DNA from: Octopus bimaculoides
Taxonomy: Eukaryota
Direction: 5' to 3'
NCBI RefSeq assembly: GCF_001194135.2
Contig: NC_068984.1
Location: 79,923,358 to 79,962,593 of the forward strand
DNA: 39,236 bases
In this document: positions 10,138 through 23,473 of the stretch, one piece after another
Layout of the letters: each line of letters begins with the position of its first letter
Numbering within the stretch: the first letter of the stretch is position 1
Notes under the pieces: model-generated
What the model saw: only the letters and a program-made list of their open reading frames with translations
What the model was told of the DNA's origin: nothing
The model's database searches: none
Made by a program: the position numbers and the translations under genes

Positions 10138-10561
10138 CACACCATCTATATATGTGAGAGCATGTGGACTGGTAGTCTGGCTTCCATTGTATTTTTCAGT
10201 GTGTGTGTGTGTGTGAGTTTGTGACCGTCATGTATATGTGTTTGTCTTTGTTTTTGTTCTTTGTGTATGTATGTGTGGAGATTTTTCTTGCTAGCAGCCT
10301 TATTATGACCATGTGTGTATGTACGCAGAAATCATCATCATCATCATCATCATCACCACGACTATCATCGTTTCCACACATGCATGGGTGAGACTGAATT
10401 TTTTTAAAGCAAATTTTTTTTATGGCTGGTTGTTCTTCCTGTCACCGACTCTTACCTGTTTCCTAGTAAAATGATATTTCTCCACAGGTGGACATGTTTT
10501 TCATAGAAGATTGGAAATAGAAGACTCCAGCTACCAAATTTTATGAATATGAATATGTGCA

Positions 10562-10930
10562 GGTGTGGCTGTGTGGTAAGAAGCTTGTTTCCCAACCACA
10601 TTGTCCCTGGTTCAGTCTCACTGCATGGCACCTTCGCCAAGTGTCTTTTATTATAGCCTCAAGCTGCCCAAAGTCTTTGAGTGGAATTAGTTGATGAAAA
10701 CTGAAAAAAAGCTCATTGTATGTGTGTGTCTTTGTGTCTCTGTTTGTCCCTCACCACTGTTTAACAACTGGTGTTGGTGTGTTTATGTTCCCATAATGTA
10801 GCGGTTTGGCAAAAGCAGCTGATAGAATATGCACCAGGCTTAAGTGAAAAATAAGTACTGGAGTCAATTCGTTTGACTAAAATTCTTCAAAGTGGTGCCC
10901 CAGAATGACTGAAACGAGCAAAAGAATAAA
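10562..10930 (+). mobile_element. tRNA-derived SINE family A
   Basis: Colinear with 1372-1756. Confidence 0.88.
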
Positions 10931-11434
10931 ATTACAAATAATGCTGTTGACAATCTCTTTACCATGGTCACTGAGTTACCTGCATCACCACCAAAAAAAA
11001 AAAAAAAAAAAGAATGAATAAACTTTTATTAAACCAACCAATATTCTTCATTTTCCTATACTAACTCCATTCTTCCTTCTTGCTCTTATTCTTTCTCCAC
11101 CTGCAGCTTCATTCTCTCCAAACTTTCCTGCCTTCCTCTCCCCGACTACTTTTCTCCCAAGCATTCATGACAATTAATTACTTGCTATTTCCTATAAATC
11201 TCCTCTCTATCCATGATCCCCATGGGCTATGGACAAAGAAAGAATACTTTTCTGATTTCCTGAAGAACTCTCTTTCCAACATCAAAATAACTCTTCTCCC
11301 AGGTACAAGACTGAGAAATATTTTACCTGTTAATATTAATTACCACTTTAAGGTGGCAAGCTGGCGCACCAGGTAAAATGCTTAGTGGCATTTCTTCTGA
11401 TTTGACGTTGTGAGTTCAAATTTTGTTATAATGT

Positions 11435-12046
11435 AAGATGATTAATGATATTGTGCTCAGATATGCTGTGCTTGAGAAGACCCATCAAGCCAACTGAAAT
11501 CATAGTCATGGCTGATGGTGGAGTCATATAACTGGCACTCATGCTGGTCGCATGTAAAAAGCACCTTTCAAGTGTTGGGCCTCATGGCAGCAATGTGGCT
11601 GATGCTGGTGTGACATAACTAGCACCCATGTTGGTGGCACGTAAAAAGCACTTTTCGAGCTGTGGGCCTCATGGAGGCAATGTTGGCTGATGCCAGTATT
11701 GAGTAACTAATACCTATGCCAGTGGCACATAAAAAACACCTGTTGAGTATTGGGCCTCACAGAGGCAGTGACTAATGACCGAGACCTTCAGCAATATGCT
11801 GTGCTTGAGTAGAAGACCCATCAAGCCAAGTGAAATTGTAGTTGTGGCAGATACTAGGGTCACACAAGTGGCACCCATGCCAGTGGCATGTAAAAGCACC
11901 CATTACACTCTCAGAGTAGTTGATGTTACAAAGAGCATCCAGCCATAGAAACTATGCCAAATCAGATTGGAGTTTGGTGCAATCCCTCAACTTGCCAACC
12001 CTGATTAAACCATTGAACCCATGCCAACATGGATAACAGACATTAA

Positions 12047-12081
<35 letters not shown>
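11435..12081 (+). mobile_element. RTE-tail element with internal tandem duplications and (GAT)n tail
   Basis: Three ~87-bp units starting 11511, 11598 and 11686; block duplicated at 11461 and ~11794; standard tail; (GAT)12 at ~12047-12081. Confidence 0.8.
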
Positions 12082-12296
12082 AATCAATTACTTTACCTAT
12101 TAACCTTTTGCCTGTTCTATGTATCACATTTTATACACAGGAGATATTTCCCTGGTGTCTATGCATTGTGTATGATACATATTCTTAATTTTTTTTTCAA
12201 CCACCAGAGTAAAATAGGACTAATGAAAGGGAAGCTTTTATTGCTCAGAACATATGAAACAAGACCTAAAACCTGAAAACAAGCATTTAAGATAAC

Positions 12297-12870
12297 CATC
12301 ATCATTATTTAACATTCATTACCAATGCCAGCATGGGTTGGACAGTTTGACTAGAGCTGGTAAGCCAGAGAGCTGCACCAGGCTCCAGTCTGTTTGGCAT
12401 GGTTTCTACGGCTAGATGCCCTTCCTAATGCCAACCACTTTACAGAGTGTGCTAGGTGCTTTTATATGTGCACTTTTATGTGGCACTTCATGGGTGCTTT
12501 TATGTGACACTACACAGGCACTTTTACATAGCACTGTCACAAGTGCTTTCCATGTGGTACTGGCACAGGACTCTTGCAGATCAATCCTCTCCACCAGGGG
12601 GACCAAACTTAACACTTCTGTTGTGGGGTACGGGTCTTCTAGATTACAGCAAAGTCCCAGGCATTCTAGTCCTTTCTCATCTTGCCTGAAAGATTCAGCA
12701 TCTTGAAGTCCTTCTTCACTACTTCGTCCCATGTCTTCCTGGGTCTCTCACTTCCACGAGTTCCATCTACTTTGAGAGATCAGCACTTCTCTATGGATCT
12801 GTTGGTATCTGTCTGCATCACATGACCAACTAAACCAACACAGTCTTCTCTCTTGCACACAACATTTATG
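12297..12870 (-). mobile_element. 5'-truncated RTE LINE 3' fragment (RT C-terminus + short 3' UTR + tail)
   Basis: Minus strand reads approx. VQERRL.WF-GHVMQTDTNRSIEKC*SLKVDGTRGSERPRKTWDEVVKKDFKMLNL, then the same 3' tail as the 4016-7103 element, ending at (ATC)n near 12297. Confidence 0.85.
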
Positions 12871-13936
12871 ATAATATTTTGGACAGATAAAGAGTTGATA
12901 TTTAATCCTAGCAGTAGCCAATTTACACTTGTGTTTATTACTATCGATGAGAATATTAATCCTTTAATTATGCAACTCTATAATCAGGATTCTTCACAAG
13001 TGTTTCTCTCTTATCATTAAAATAAAGATACACTCTAAGAAATCCTCTACCTGGTTGCATGATCTGCTAGAAGTAGCAGCAAAATCTCCATTTCACAGCT
13101 TATGCTTTTAAAAACAACTTAAGTAGCCATTGTATCATATATTGTAAACTACACACAGGCTTGTCCTTTACAGGTGCTGGTGCCAGCTGTGTAGCTGTGC
13201 AGGCAATGTCGATTTAATGGAGGCACTGAACAAATGTACAAACCATGCATTTGATCTATATAAACAAATCATTTGTCTAGATTGTTCAGCGAAAGCTGAA
13301 TACCCAAACATTATCTTTGATGGGAGATTCCATTATATATATATACACATGTGTGCACATACATACATGTGTGTGTGTGAATATATATATATACATATAT
13401 GTATATATAAATAATATGTATTGAACAGTGAGATTGAATTCTCAACACTGCATTTGGCGAATAAATGCACTTTATTTGTGGATTGACATTGCTACCAAAG
13501 GTTTCATTTGGAAAGAATTTTTACAATTTTCAAACAATCCACTTAATAATGCTGGTAAATGCTTGTAACAGAATATAAACATAACAAATCATATAACAAA
13601 CATGTTCCAATACTTTGCCTGATCATTCATCATTTTTCAAATGGTTTGATGGCTAATAAAAATTAAATCCATTTCCATAGAAGTCTGAAACTTATTACAA
13701 ACAATTCCAACATAAGAAACTATAAAGACCTTTAGAATTTGATAGTTAGTTTATGAAACAGAATACACAATATTCATGCTTTAATTCAAAGACTCTATTG
13801 TTTTTCACTTTTCATCAAAACTTTGATATTATTTTTTTTCCCTTTACATTTGTTTTTTTCATTTTTAAATTTCTGTTCCTTTCAGAAACTATATGTTAGA
13901 AATTCTATTGGAACAAATTAAAATACAGTGAAAAGA

Positions 13937-13967
<31 letters not shown>

Positions 13968-16509
13968 ATGAATGAATATATAAATAAATAAATAAAATTA
14001 AAAGAGACAGTAGAATTGGCTCATTGAAGATGCCATCGATTATCAGTGGCAATGGACAATAATGGCATTATGTCTGATGCATGGAGAGTTGAATACTGCA
14101 AAATTCCAGTCTCCAATAACAAATCTAAGCATTCAGCACAATACCTCTATTATTCTGAGATAGAGCAGTTGTCAAAAAGTAATGTCAAATTGAATAAGGG
14201 TGTGGGAGAAGTAGTAATGTACAGAGAAAAATAAAATAAAATTGCCAAACAAAAAAAAAGAACGATAAAAAAAAACATACAAATGAATTTCTATGAAAGA
14301 GTGATCTTCCACAGCATTCAATTTTATATCCTAGTTTCAGACAAGTATTATACATATATATATTTTATTTGATTGTAATTTTCATTTTTTTTATTAAATA
14401 CAAAATACTTTCTCTACTTATTGACATTCATATAACTATTATTATTTGGCCATTAATTTTGGGCAGAAATCTAAATCCATATTCTAAAACAGAAACTGAA
14501 TAATGTTCTTTCTCTCTTTGATTTTATTTTTATTTTTTCCTGCTGATATTTTTTTCTCTCATTTTTGACTGTTCTTCCACCATATTAATTCCTCTGAAAC
14601 TAAGTTTGTTTACGACATCTAGCTGTCTAATTGAGTGAATAGTAGGTATGAAAATCTCACCTGCTTATATAGATTTCAGGTCAGACAAGCCAAGCTGGTT
14701 GATATATTAAAAGCATATTAATCCTATGTTAATACCAACCCATTTAATACTGCCACTACTTCTATGATACACAATCTCTAGTTTTAGAATATTTGTATTT
14801 AAATGAAAATTTTCATTGTAAAATTATGTAAGAACGTTTTTTTTTGTTGTTTTTTTTTTGTTACATTTCCACTTTAAATTCCAATTTCATAAAGTAAAAA
14901 GTCAGCTCTTCTACTAAATTCCTACAAATTCTTGATTATTTTCAAAATTAACTGAAAACCCCACAGGCAATATGTTTCATTAGAAATACAGTCATGAAAG
15001 GGTTATCAAACTCTTTCAGATCCACAACTACATAAGTGAAGCCAGAAGAAGACTACAAGAAACTGTAATTAGAAAATGAAAATAAAACCTCTTGTTTTCC
15101 ATGAAAATCACTTCCTTCTAACAATCTATTTTCTTTATTTGATATAGTCTTGTTCTTCATAACAATTAACAGACAAAAGAGCTAATTAACCTTGATGATT
15201 ATTATGAAACTCTTGTTTCACCTGCATAAATGTCATTCATTGTTCTAATTCTCTATACTGTGTGACAGAATTTAAAGATTGCAATGTAGATTGTCATTTA
15301 ACAAAAAAACAGTGTATTAAACTTTTGTAAATGTTATTGCAGACTTTGTATGAAAATGAAAGTATGTAATGGAAAACATTGTGAGAAAGTTGATTGTACA
15401 ACATTGTTATCACCACATCCTTGTACGTTTATCAGACAATCTAGTTTGTAAACTCTTCTATATCAGTATCTTTGCATAGAATAGTTTTCTTGCTATTCTA
15501 CTTGGGTTCCATTGTGTATTAGATACAATCTACATCTGTGTATTGGTTATTAAAAGCTTGGTGACAATATACCAGTGTAACCAAGTTAAATAACACTATA
15601 GTTAAACAAAGGAATGAACAATCTTCTATTGATTACTTGAATGCTAGAAATAAGAAGTTAATCGCCATCATATTACATTCCACGATGCACACTGGAGATA
15701 TGGTTAGTGATGGCACCAAGGTAAGAAACATTTGGTGTCAGTCATACCGTGTGTCACTCCTCCTAATTAGAACTATTTGATAAATATAATCAAGAGTGAT
15801 TGCCGGTAGTATATATTATGTAAGTTCAGTATTGTTTAATAGTTCAATGACTGAACTATTGATACAACCTGTGTATAATAATAGCTGATGTTGGTTGGTT
15901 GGTTGGTTTCTGCAATCACACATTACACAGAAAGTGAGGGAGATATAGTAGAAAAGAGATACAGAGAGAATTTAGACAAGAGGTGCAGGGTGAGCAAAGA
16001 TAATGACAGGGTTGTTACAAAAGGAATTATACAAATGAGAAATTTGTTTTAATTAATCTCAAGATAATAAGTATTTCTATTTTGTTTTTTGAAAATTAGT
16101 TTCCATTTCATCATTTCGTTTAGACACAAATAATTTGATAAAAGTTAAATTATAATCATTGTGTGGATACCATATCTCCTAATATTAACCATGGGGTCAA
16201 AAGTATACTTCCAAAGTTACCCTTCATATGATGAATAACACTCTAATATAGTATATTATTGATAATGATTCAATCTTCCATCATTGCTATGGCATTGTTG
16301 AAAGAGTGAATCACTCTGCTCTTTTTATTACTAAGTTTTATATTTTCCATTGGATTGTGAAATTTTGTCCAAATCTCAGTTAGGTAGCTTCAACCTTTAT
16401 TCCTACCCATAATGAAGTTTACCTAATGCTAAATTTAGTCATTGCAGTATAATGTTCAGGAAAAAAAAAATGGTAGTATATTGGTAGAACACTTTTGATC
16501 AGAGGTGCA

Positions 16510-17016
16510 GGAGTGGCTGTGTGGTAAGTAGCTTGCTTACCAGCCACATGGTTCCGGGTTCAGTCCTACTGCGTGAAACCTTGGGCAAGTGTCTTCTACT
16601 ATAGCCTCGGGCCGACCAAAGCCTTGTGAGTGGATTTGGTAGACGGAAACTGAAAGAAGCCTGTCGTATATATATATTTATATATNNNNNNNNNNNNNNN
16701 NNNNNNNNNNNNNNNNNNNNNNNNNNNNNNNNNNNNNNNNNNNNNNNNNNNNNNNNNNNNNNNNNNTATATATATATATATATATGTATGTGATGTGTGT
16801 GTGTATGTTTGTGTATCTGTGTTTGTCCCCCTAACATTGCTTGACAACCCATGCTGGTGTGTTTATGTCCCCTTCACTTAGCGGTTCGGCAAAAAGACGC
16901 CGATAGAATAAGTACTAGGCTTACAAAGAATAAGTCCTGGGGTTGATTTGCTCGACTAAAGGCAGTGCTCCAGCATGACGACAGTCAAATGACTGAAATA
17001 AGTAAAAGCTTAAAAG
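16510..17016 (+). mobile_element. tRNA-derived SINE family A (spans gap)
   Basis: Colinear with 1372-1756; B box GGTTCAGTCC. Confidence 0.9.
16686..16766. other. Assembly gap (N run) inside the (TA)n of a SINE
   Basis: 81 Ns flanked on both sides by (TA)n. Confidence 0.99.
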
Positions 17017-17714
17017 AGAGATTTTCTCTGTCAGGAGGAAAATCGCAACAACATCAACAACATAGTAACCTTTTCTATAATGCAGCATTAATTCTTAGCA
17101 CATATTGTAGCTGCATATGACTTTCACTTTGGAAATACATATTAGCAGCAGAAGCAGTATCAATACCAAAAGGCAATCTTTATATCCAACTCAAGTGGAT
17201 GTTTTGTTAGAACACTGAATACTGCTGTATTTGCCTTAAGAGGATCTCTCATATGGATGCATGGTGCATAAAAGCATACATATTTATATCATTGGTGAAT
17301 GAAAATTGTCTGCTCTGGGTGCCAGAACTGCCAGATCATGTGATTTCGATGTACTGTGTCTCTTCAGTGATAGCTGTCCACTTGCCACATATGACTCTTG
17401 AGTAACAGTTCTATAAGTAAACTTAGAACTTGTTTAGAGTATATAATAGTAACATTCTATAATGATATATTATATATTTAAAACTCTATTAAACATTAAT
17501 ATAAATGCTTAGCACATTAGGCCTCTGGTTCTAAATCTTTGCAACTTTGTGGTACACTGAGAAATTACTACCATAAGTCACATGGAATGTAAAACAATAT
17601 TAGCAAACTTAACAAAGAAATTTAAAACACTCTTTTAAAATTAAAAATCTTTAAAATATATTGAATCCTAATACTTACATAGTTGCATACTAACATGCAT
17701 ACACACACACACAG

Positions 17715-17849
17715 ACACCGTATTGTTAAGAAGTTTGCTTCGCAAGCATGTGGTTCCACTGCATAATATTTTGGATAAATGTCTTGTGAATGGATTTGGT
17801 AGACAAAAACTGAAAGACTGTTGTGTGTGTGCATGTGTGTGTGTGTGTT

Positions 17850-17891
<42 letters not shown>

Positions 17892-17903
17892 TGTGTGTGT
17901 GTG
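17715..17903 (+). mobile_element. Decayed partial SINE family A with (TG)n expansion
   Basis: aagaagtttgcttc...tggatttggtagacaaaaactgaaagac, then (TG)n. Confidence 0.65.
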
Positions 17904-18081
17904 TATTTCCTCAGCTTGATATAATTGTTGTAAATGAATGTCACCATGATAAAAGTGGTGTCATTCATTTCCAACCAGTCATGAAAATGTGTCCAGTTAT
18001 GGGGAAGTATTATCTTGCTAAGAAACAAGTGAGGGTTGGCAACAAGAAAACGGGGTTGGCTACATAGAAAATCTGCCTTAA

Positions 18082-18301
18082 CCCTTTGACATTTAAACCG
18101 GCCATATACGGCCAAAATATTGTACTTGTTTTATGTTCAAACAAGCCAGCTCCTACTGCTCACACCTACCCTAAAATGTCATTCTAAAGATATTCAATCA
18201 TATTGTGGAAATCTCAAAGCTACAAGATAATGCATGATTAATTCAAAACAGTGTGAATAAATAAGCATTGCATTTGACAAAGTAATCTGATTGCTAAAGG
18301 G
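18082..18301. mobile_element. TTAA-flanked MITE (piggyBac-like termini CCCTTT...AAAGGG), 220 bp
   Basis: TTAA 18078-18081 | ccctttgac ... gctaaaggg | TTAA 18302-18305; second copy in opposite orientation at 35345-35562. Confidence 0.85.
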
Positions 18302-19029
18302 TTAACAAATTCATCTGAGTATGAAATGTAGACATTAAAACGGTGGCAATGAAGATGATATCATGAACTTCATACAGATTTTGTCTACCAAATTCATTTA
18401 CATGATACTGGTCAGTCTTGGGGCTAGAGTAGAAAAAATTACCCAATGTGCTATGCAATGGGGCTGAACTCACAGACGAACTTCTTAGGCAAAGAGCTAT
18501 GCTTTAAATTTCTGATCTGAAGTGAGTGATTGTGGTAATGATTCCAATATTTTTGGACTTGTCACGCCATCTTTTGTGGCTTTAAATTTTATACCTTGTT
18601 TCAATTCATATCATCAAAATGTACCATAAAACATAAAGAAATAAATGATGTGATTAATAGTCTGGAAAATTTAAATTTCTATTGCTCTTGTACAATTCAA
18701 GAGACTTAATATTATTATCTATGGCATAGCTTTGAACTGATCACCATAAAGTAACAAACTGGTTATAAATTAAAATGTTCAATTAGTAAATTACAAACAA
18801 ATCAATGTTCCATTAATGTCTAATGTTTATGGGGAGAAAATGAAATTAATAGAATTCTATACCTTTGGAACACAGTGGTGTGCTAATATGAAGAGTTACC
18901 TCCCCTCCTTTGGTGATTGGAATTAATTATCTAGTTAATTGGGGTTTTTACTCCTCACTATGGATGTAATTGGAATTCATTGAAATTTTTTAGTTTATCA
19001 TATTAGTTTTAGTTTATCATATTGTATAT

Positions 19030-19140
19030 GCACCAATGATGTCACAACTCATTTTTATGGTTGAGTGAACTGGAACAGCGTAAAATAAAGTGTCTTGCTC
19101 AAGAACACAACACACAACCTGGTCTGGGAATTGAACTTAC
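19030..19140 (-). mobile_element. SINE family B fragment, inverted relative to 19230-19340
   Basis: 11 mismatches over 111 nt against the reverse complement of 19230-19340 (counted by hand). Confidence 0.85.
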
Positions 19141-19182
19141 TTCCTAGTAATTGTTTCAGGTTGCCATATTCCTCAGTTTCCA

Positions 19183-19510
19183 GGTACATGGCTCAGTGGT
19201 TAGAGCATTGGACACACAATCACGAGGTAGTGAGTTCAATTCCCAGACTAGGTTGTGTATTGTGTTCTTGAGCAAGACACTTTATTTCACGTTGTACTAG
19301 TTCACTCAGCCGTAAAAATGAGTTATGACATCACTGGTGCGAAGCTGTATCAGCCTTTGCCTATCCCTTGGATAACATCAATGGTGCAGAGAGGGGAGGT
19401 TGGTATGCATGGCTGACTGCTGGTCTTCCATAAAATCTTGCCTGGACTTGTGCATTGGAGTGGAATTTTCTATGAACAATCTCATGATCGAAGGGGGCCC
19501 TTTACCCTTA
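19183..19510 (+). mobile_element. tRNA-derived SINE family B
   Basis: A box TGGCTCAGTGG 19189-19199, B box GAGTTCAATTCC 19232-19243; body ttgagcaagacactttatttcacg...; reverse homologue at 27128-27400. Confidence 0.85.
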
Positions 19511-19511
19511 A

Positions 19512-19901
19512 AAAGCACATTTCGAGAATTGGGCCCCACAGAGGCAAGGTGGCCAATGCTGGTGGCATGTAAAAAGCACCTTTCAAGTGTTGGGCCTCAT
19601 AGAGGCAATGACAAATGACCAAGACCTTTGGCATTATGCTGTGCTTGAGAGGAAGACCCATCAAGCCAAGTAAACTCAGTCATGCCAGATACTGGTGTCA
19701 TGTGAATGGCACCCGTGCTGGTGGCATGTAAATGCGCCCATCACACTCTTGGAGTAGTTGGCATTAGGAAGGATATCCAGCCATAGAAACCATGCCAAAT
19801 CAGACTAGAGTCTGATACAGCCTTCCAGCATGCCAGCTCTGGTCAAACCCTGCAACCCATGCCAGCATAGACAACAGACGTTAAATGATGATGATGATGA
19901 T
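19512..19901 (+). mobile_element. RTE-tail element following a tRNA-derived SINE
   Basis: Same aaaagcac/gggcctcatagaggcaatgac/aagacccatcaagcc modules as 11435-12081; (GAT)n tail. Confidence 0.8.
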
Positions 19902-20077
19902 ATATATCTCATTTCCATCTTAATTGTGGCAGTACTTATAAGACTGAGGAGGTCTTTGAAGATACAAACTTGTCTTCAGTTGTCATCATACAGCTAACAA
20001 TTTGCTCTTCCCTGTATTCTATTGTTGAATGATTTTAATTATTTCAGCTGAAGAGTTGTTTCTTCTGGACAGGCAAA

Positions 20078-20448
20078 GGCATAACTGTGTGGTAAGAAGT
20101 TTGCTATCCAACCACATAGTTTTGGGTTCAGAACCACTGTGTAGCACCTTGGGCAAGTGTTTTCTACTATAGCTCTGGGCTTAATAAAGCATTGTGAATG
20201 GATTTGGTAGATGGAAACTGAAAGAAGCCCTGTGTGTATGTGTGTGTTTGTCCCTCACTACTGCTTGACAGTCAGTGTTGGTGTGTTTACATCCCTGTAA
20301 CTTAGTAGTTCAGCAAAAGAAACTGATAGAATAAGTACCAGGCTTTAAGAAGAGAAAATAAGTACTGGTATCTATTAACTAAAGATTCTTCAACGCAGTG
20401 CCCCAGCATGGTCATAGTCTAAGGACTTAAATGATTAAAAGATAAAAG
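20078..20448 (+). mobile_element. tRNA-derived SINE family A
   Basis: Colinear with 1372-1756. Confidence 0.88.
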
Positions 20449-21242
20449 TTGTATGTGTGTGTGTGTGCATGTGCATGTGTGTGTGTCTTAATATTTGTGT
20501 CTATTCTCCTGCTACTTGATAAAAAAATTTCTTTACTATCTGTTTTTCTCTTTTTCATTTTTCTCATGCAACCAAACAGGTACCGCTGAGTATTTTCCTA
20601 GTTCCCCACTTCCCTCCTACTCATTCAGCTTTGCTGTTTTTTGACAATTTTTGTAATTGGCCAGAGTAGCAATTTTGTCACATAACCATCATTTTACCAT
20701 TTTCCATTCTGATACACTTGTGCAATACAGATACTATATCATATGCTATCATTCAATGCATAATTCAAGATAATATGTAAGTATACTTTTTCTGTAGTGT
20801 ACTCAGTAATATATTACATAGTCTAATTTTATAAATCATACAGTCGTATGCAACATTACGCATACAATATAACACTCTTCATCTCAGTTGATAGAGCATA
20901 TGTGCATGTGTATAATAGCACATCGACGTACCTGGTAATATATTACTAGATAATAGGCTGTAATATTTTATATCACACATTTGCCCATTATAGCATCAAC
21001 TAAATGTATATTATATTATACAATATACCTGCCAAATTTAAAATATCCATGCATTACCGCTCTGCTTGCTAAGCCATTTTAGCATATAAAACATACAAAC
21101 AATATTGTAATGTCATCTGTGTCATACAATACCTTTCTATATAACATAACCATACACAAGCCATTGAAGGGACCAGTATGTGGTTGTCTGGATTGCTAGA
21201 AAGAGCAACTAAATCTCTCTTAAATTACACCTTATATATATT

Positions 21243-21636
21243 GTCTGTGTGGTAAGAAGCTTACTTCCAACCACATGGTTCCAGGTTCAGTCCCACCACA
21301 TGGCACCTTGGGCAAGTGTCTTCTTCTATAGCCTCAGGCTATAGAAGAAGCTTATATAGCAGGCTATAGCCTCAGGCTATAGAAGGATCCTTGTGAGTGG
21401 ATTTAGTAGACAGAATTTGAAAATAGCCTATTTATGTTAGCATGTCCCCCACCATCGCTTGACAAATGATGTTGGTGTGCCTATGTTCCTGTAATTTAGC
21501 GGTTTGGTAAAGGTTACCAACAGAATAAGTACTAGGCTTACAAAAAATCAGTCCTGAAGTCGGTTTCTTTGACTAAAGGCAGTGCTTCAGCATGGTCACA
21601 GTCAAATGCCTGAAACAAGTAAAAGAATAAAAGAAT
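21243..21636 (+). mobile_element. tRNA-derived SINE family A with internal fold-back insertion
   Basis: Colinear with the family except 21336-21388. Confidence 0.88.
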
Positions 21637-21639
21637 ATC

Positions 21640-21930
21640 ATCATGATTATCTTCATCTAACATCTGTTTTCCATGCTGGTGTAGCAGAGCTACATATTAC
21701 ATAGTTACACAGGCATGAGTCAGACAGTTTTACAGGAGCCGGCCAACTGGAGAGCTGTCCAGGCTCCAATTGTGTGTTTCTTTGGCAGCATACCCTTCTG
21801 AACACCAGCCACCTTACATAGTATGGTCGGTGCTTTTTATGTGTTACTGGCACAGATGCCTCTACACAGCACCAGCATGTGTGCATCTTACATGGCACAA
21901 GCAAAAGCACATTTCATGAGGCACCAGCAT
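21640..21930 (-). mobile_element. Decayed RTE-tail element
   Basis: catctgttttccatgctgg...cccttctgaacaccagccac...gtgcttttt is the reverse complement of the tail family. Confidence 0.7.
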
Positions 21931-23039
21931 CTGCAAGGCATAGAATTTCTTTGAATTGACATCAATGCATCTGTAACTTAGCTTTTTTTTCAAGGTAGGG
22001 GTGGTTGCTCTTTTGCAAACTCAATTTTACCTCTGAGAAGAGGTGGTTCACATTAATCTGGCCTCTATCCTTTGACCTGTCCAACATGAGAGGTGTACCT
22101 GGTGCTTGCACTCGACTGGTATAGCTCTCAGGGTCATTGAGGCACTCAAGATGCCATCACTCTGCACCAAGGACTGGACTTTGTGGGGTACATTTTTGGC
22201 CTTAATGAACTTTAAATATTGCATCACTGTATTTTGAACCATTTTCTTGTTGTCCCAATACTGTACTCCCACACCCTCTATCCACCCTTTCTGTCTTTTA
22301 TTCCTTTACACTCATATCTCACTCATCTCAGTATTATATATTCTGAATTTAGCAATGTACAAGCCTTCCATATTCTCTCTCTCTTTCTTATTATTCTTAT
22401 TTGTTTTGTCTATTAAAGAATATATTTTGTAGTCAATTATATGATAATTTTCAAAGAGAAAATTGGCATAAGAACAGAATTGATAACATCTCATCTAGAA
22501 ATACCAAAGTTATTACATGACAACAACTGGCAGGGCATAACATGCAGGGTGCCATCAGAGAACATATCTGAAGAATCGATTCCCAAAATGTAGTGTAGTT
22601 TTGCTTCATGAACAAAACTATTCTTTTCCCTGAAAATAATAATTGTTTTTAAACAATAGATGTTTTTTTTTTTTAGTTTCTAATAATGGATTTGGGGATT
22701 AAAAACAAATGAGATAACAGAAATAAATCAGTCATTTTTAATAGGGTATATCAAAAAAGAAAGCATGAAAGAAGTTGTGAATAAATCATTTAGCTAAAGA
22801 CGAAATTGTGTAATGGAGATGATGATGATGATGATGGCAATGATGATTACAATGATGATGATGATGATTGTAATGGTGATGGTTTCAGAGTTGCAAGCAA
22901 ATGTCTTGATCTGAGAACATGTGATGAAACTGTAGGAACAACATCATGGGCATACCACTTTATAAAACACAGAACACTGTCAAATTAACATTGAAATTTA
23001 AAAGTTAGCATATTAACATTATTGATGATGGGGATAATA

Positions 23040-23253
23040 ATGGTTTCAAATTTTGGCACAAGGCCAGCAGTTTTGGGGGGAGGGAGTAAGTCGATTACAT
23101 CGACCTCCAGTGTTCAACTGGTACTTATTTTAATGACCATAAGGATGAAAGGCAAAGTTGAGTTCAGCAGAATTTGAAATCAGAATGTAAAAATGGATGA
23201 AATGCCATTAAGCATTTCACTCAGTGTGTTAATGATTCTGCCAGCATGCCATC
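23040..23253 (-). mobile_element. tRNA-derived SINE family C
   Basis: aaattttggcacaaggccagc...aggatgaaaggcaaagttgag...gattctgccagc. Confidence 0.85.
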
Positions 23254-23427
23254 TCAATAATAATGATAATACAAAAAAAATAGCACTACTAGGCATTGCA
23301 CACACCCTACATAAAACACTTTCAATACAGTAAAAATAAGAGCATCACAACAAACCACAGCTAATACCCAAGGCATACAGAGTTGCACTCGGTAGTGCAG
23401 TGAAAGCACGTGATAAAAACGAGACTA

Positions 23428-23465
<38 letters not shown>

Positions 23466-23473
23466 TAACAACA

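Noticed and set aside
11080-11376. 98-aa ORF in a pyrimidine-rich tract
   Set aside because: Composition-driven L/F/S/P richness; no recognisable domain.
11511-11770. Regularly spaced repeats (also 36800-37200) as a CRISPR-like array
   Set aside because: Units are contiguous diverged tandem copies without unique spacers; eukaryotic context; no cas genes.
14046-14234. 62-aa ORF in the TE-poor island
   Set aside because: GTG start, no splice support and no homology recognised.
15020-15720. Possible + strand exons IHNYISEARRRLQET (15020-15064) and ...MHTGDMVSDGTK with a strong donor at 15720
   Set aside because: No recognisable homology, and one weak splice site each; chance occurrence is likely in 39 kb.
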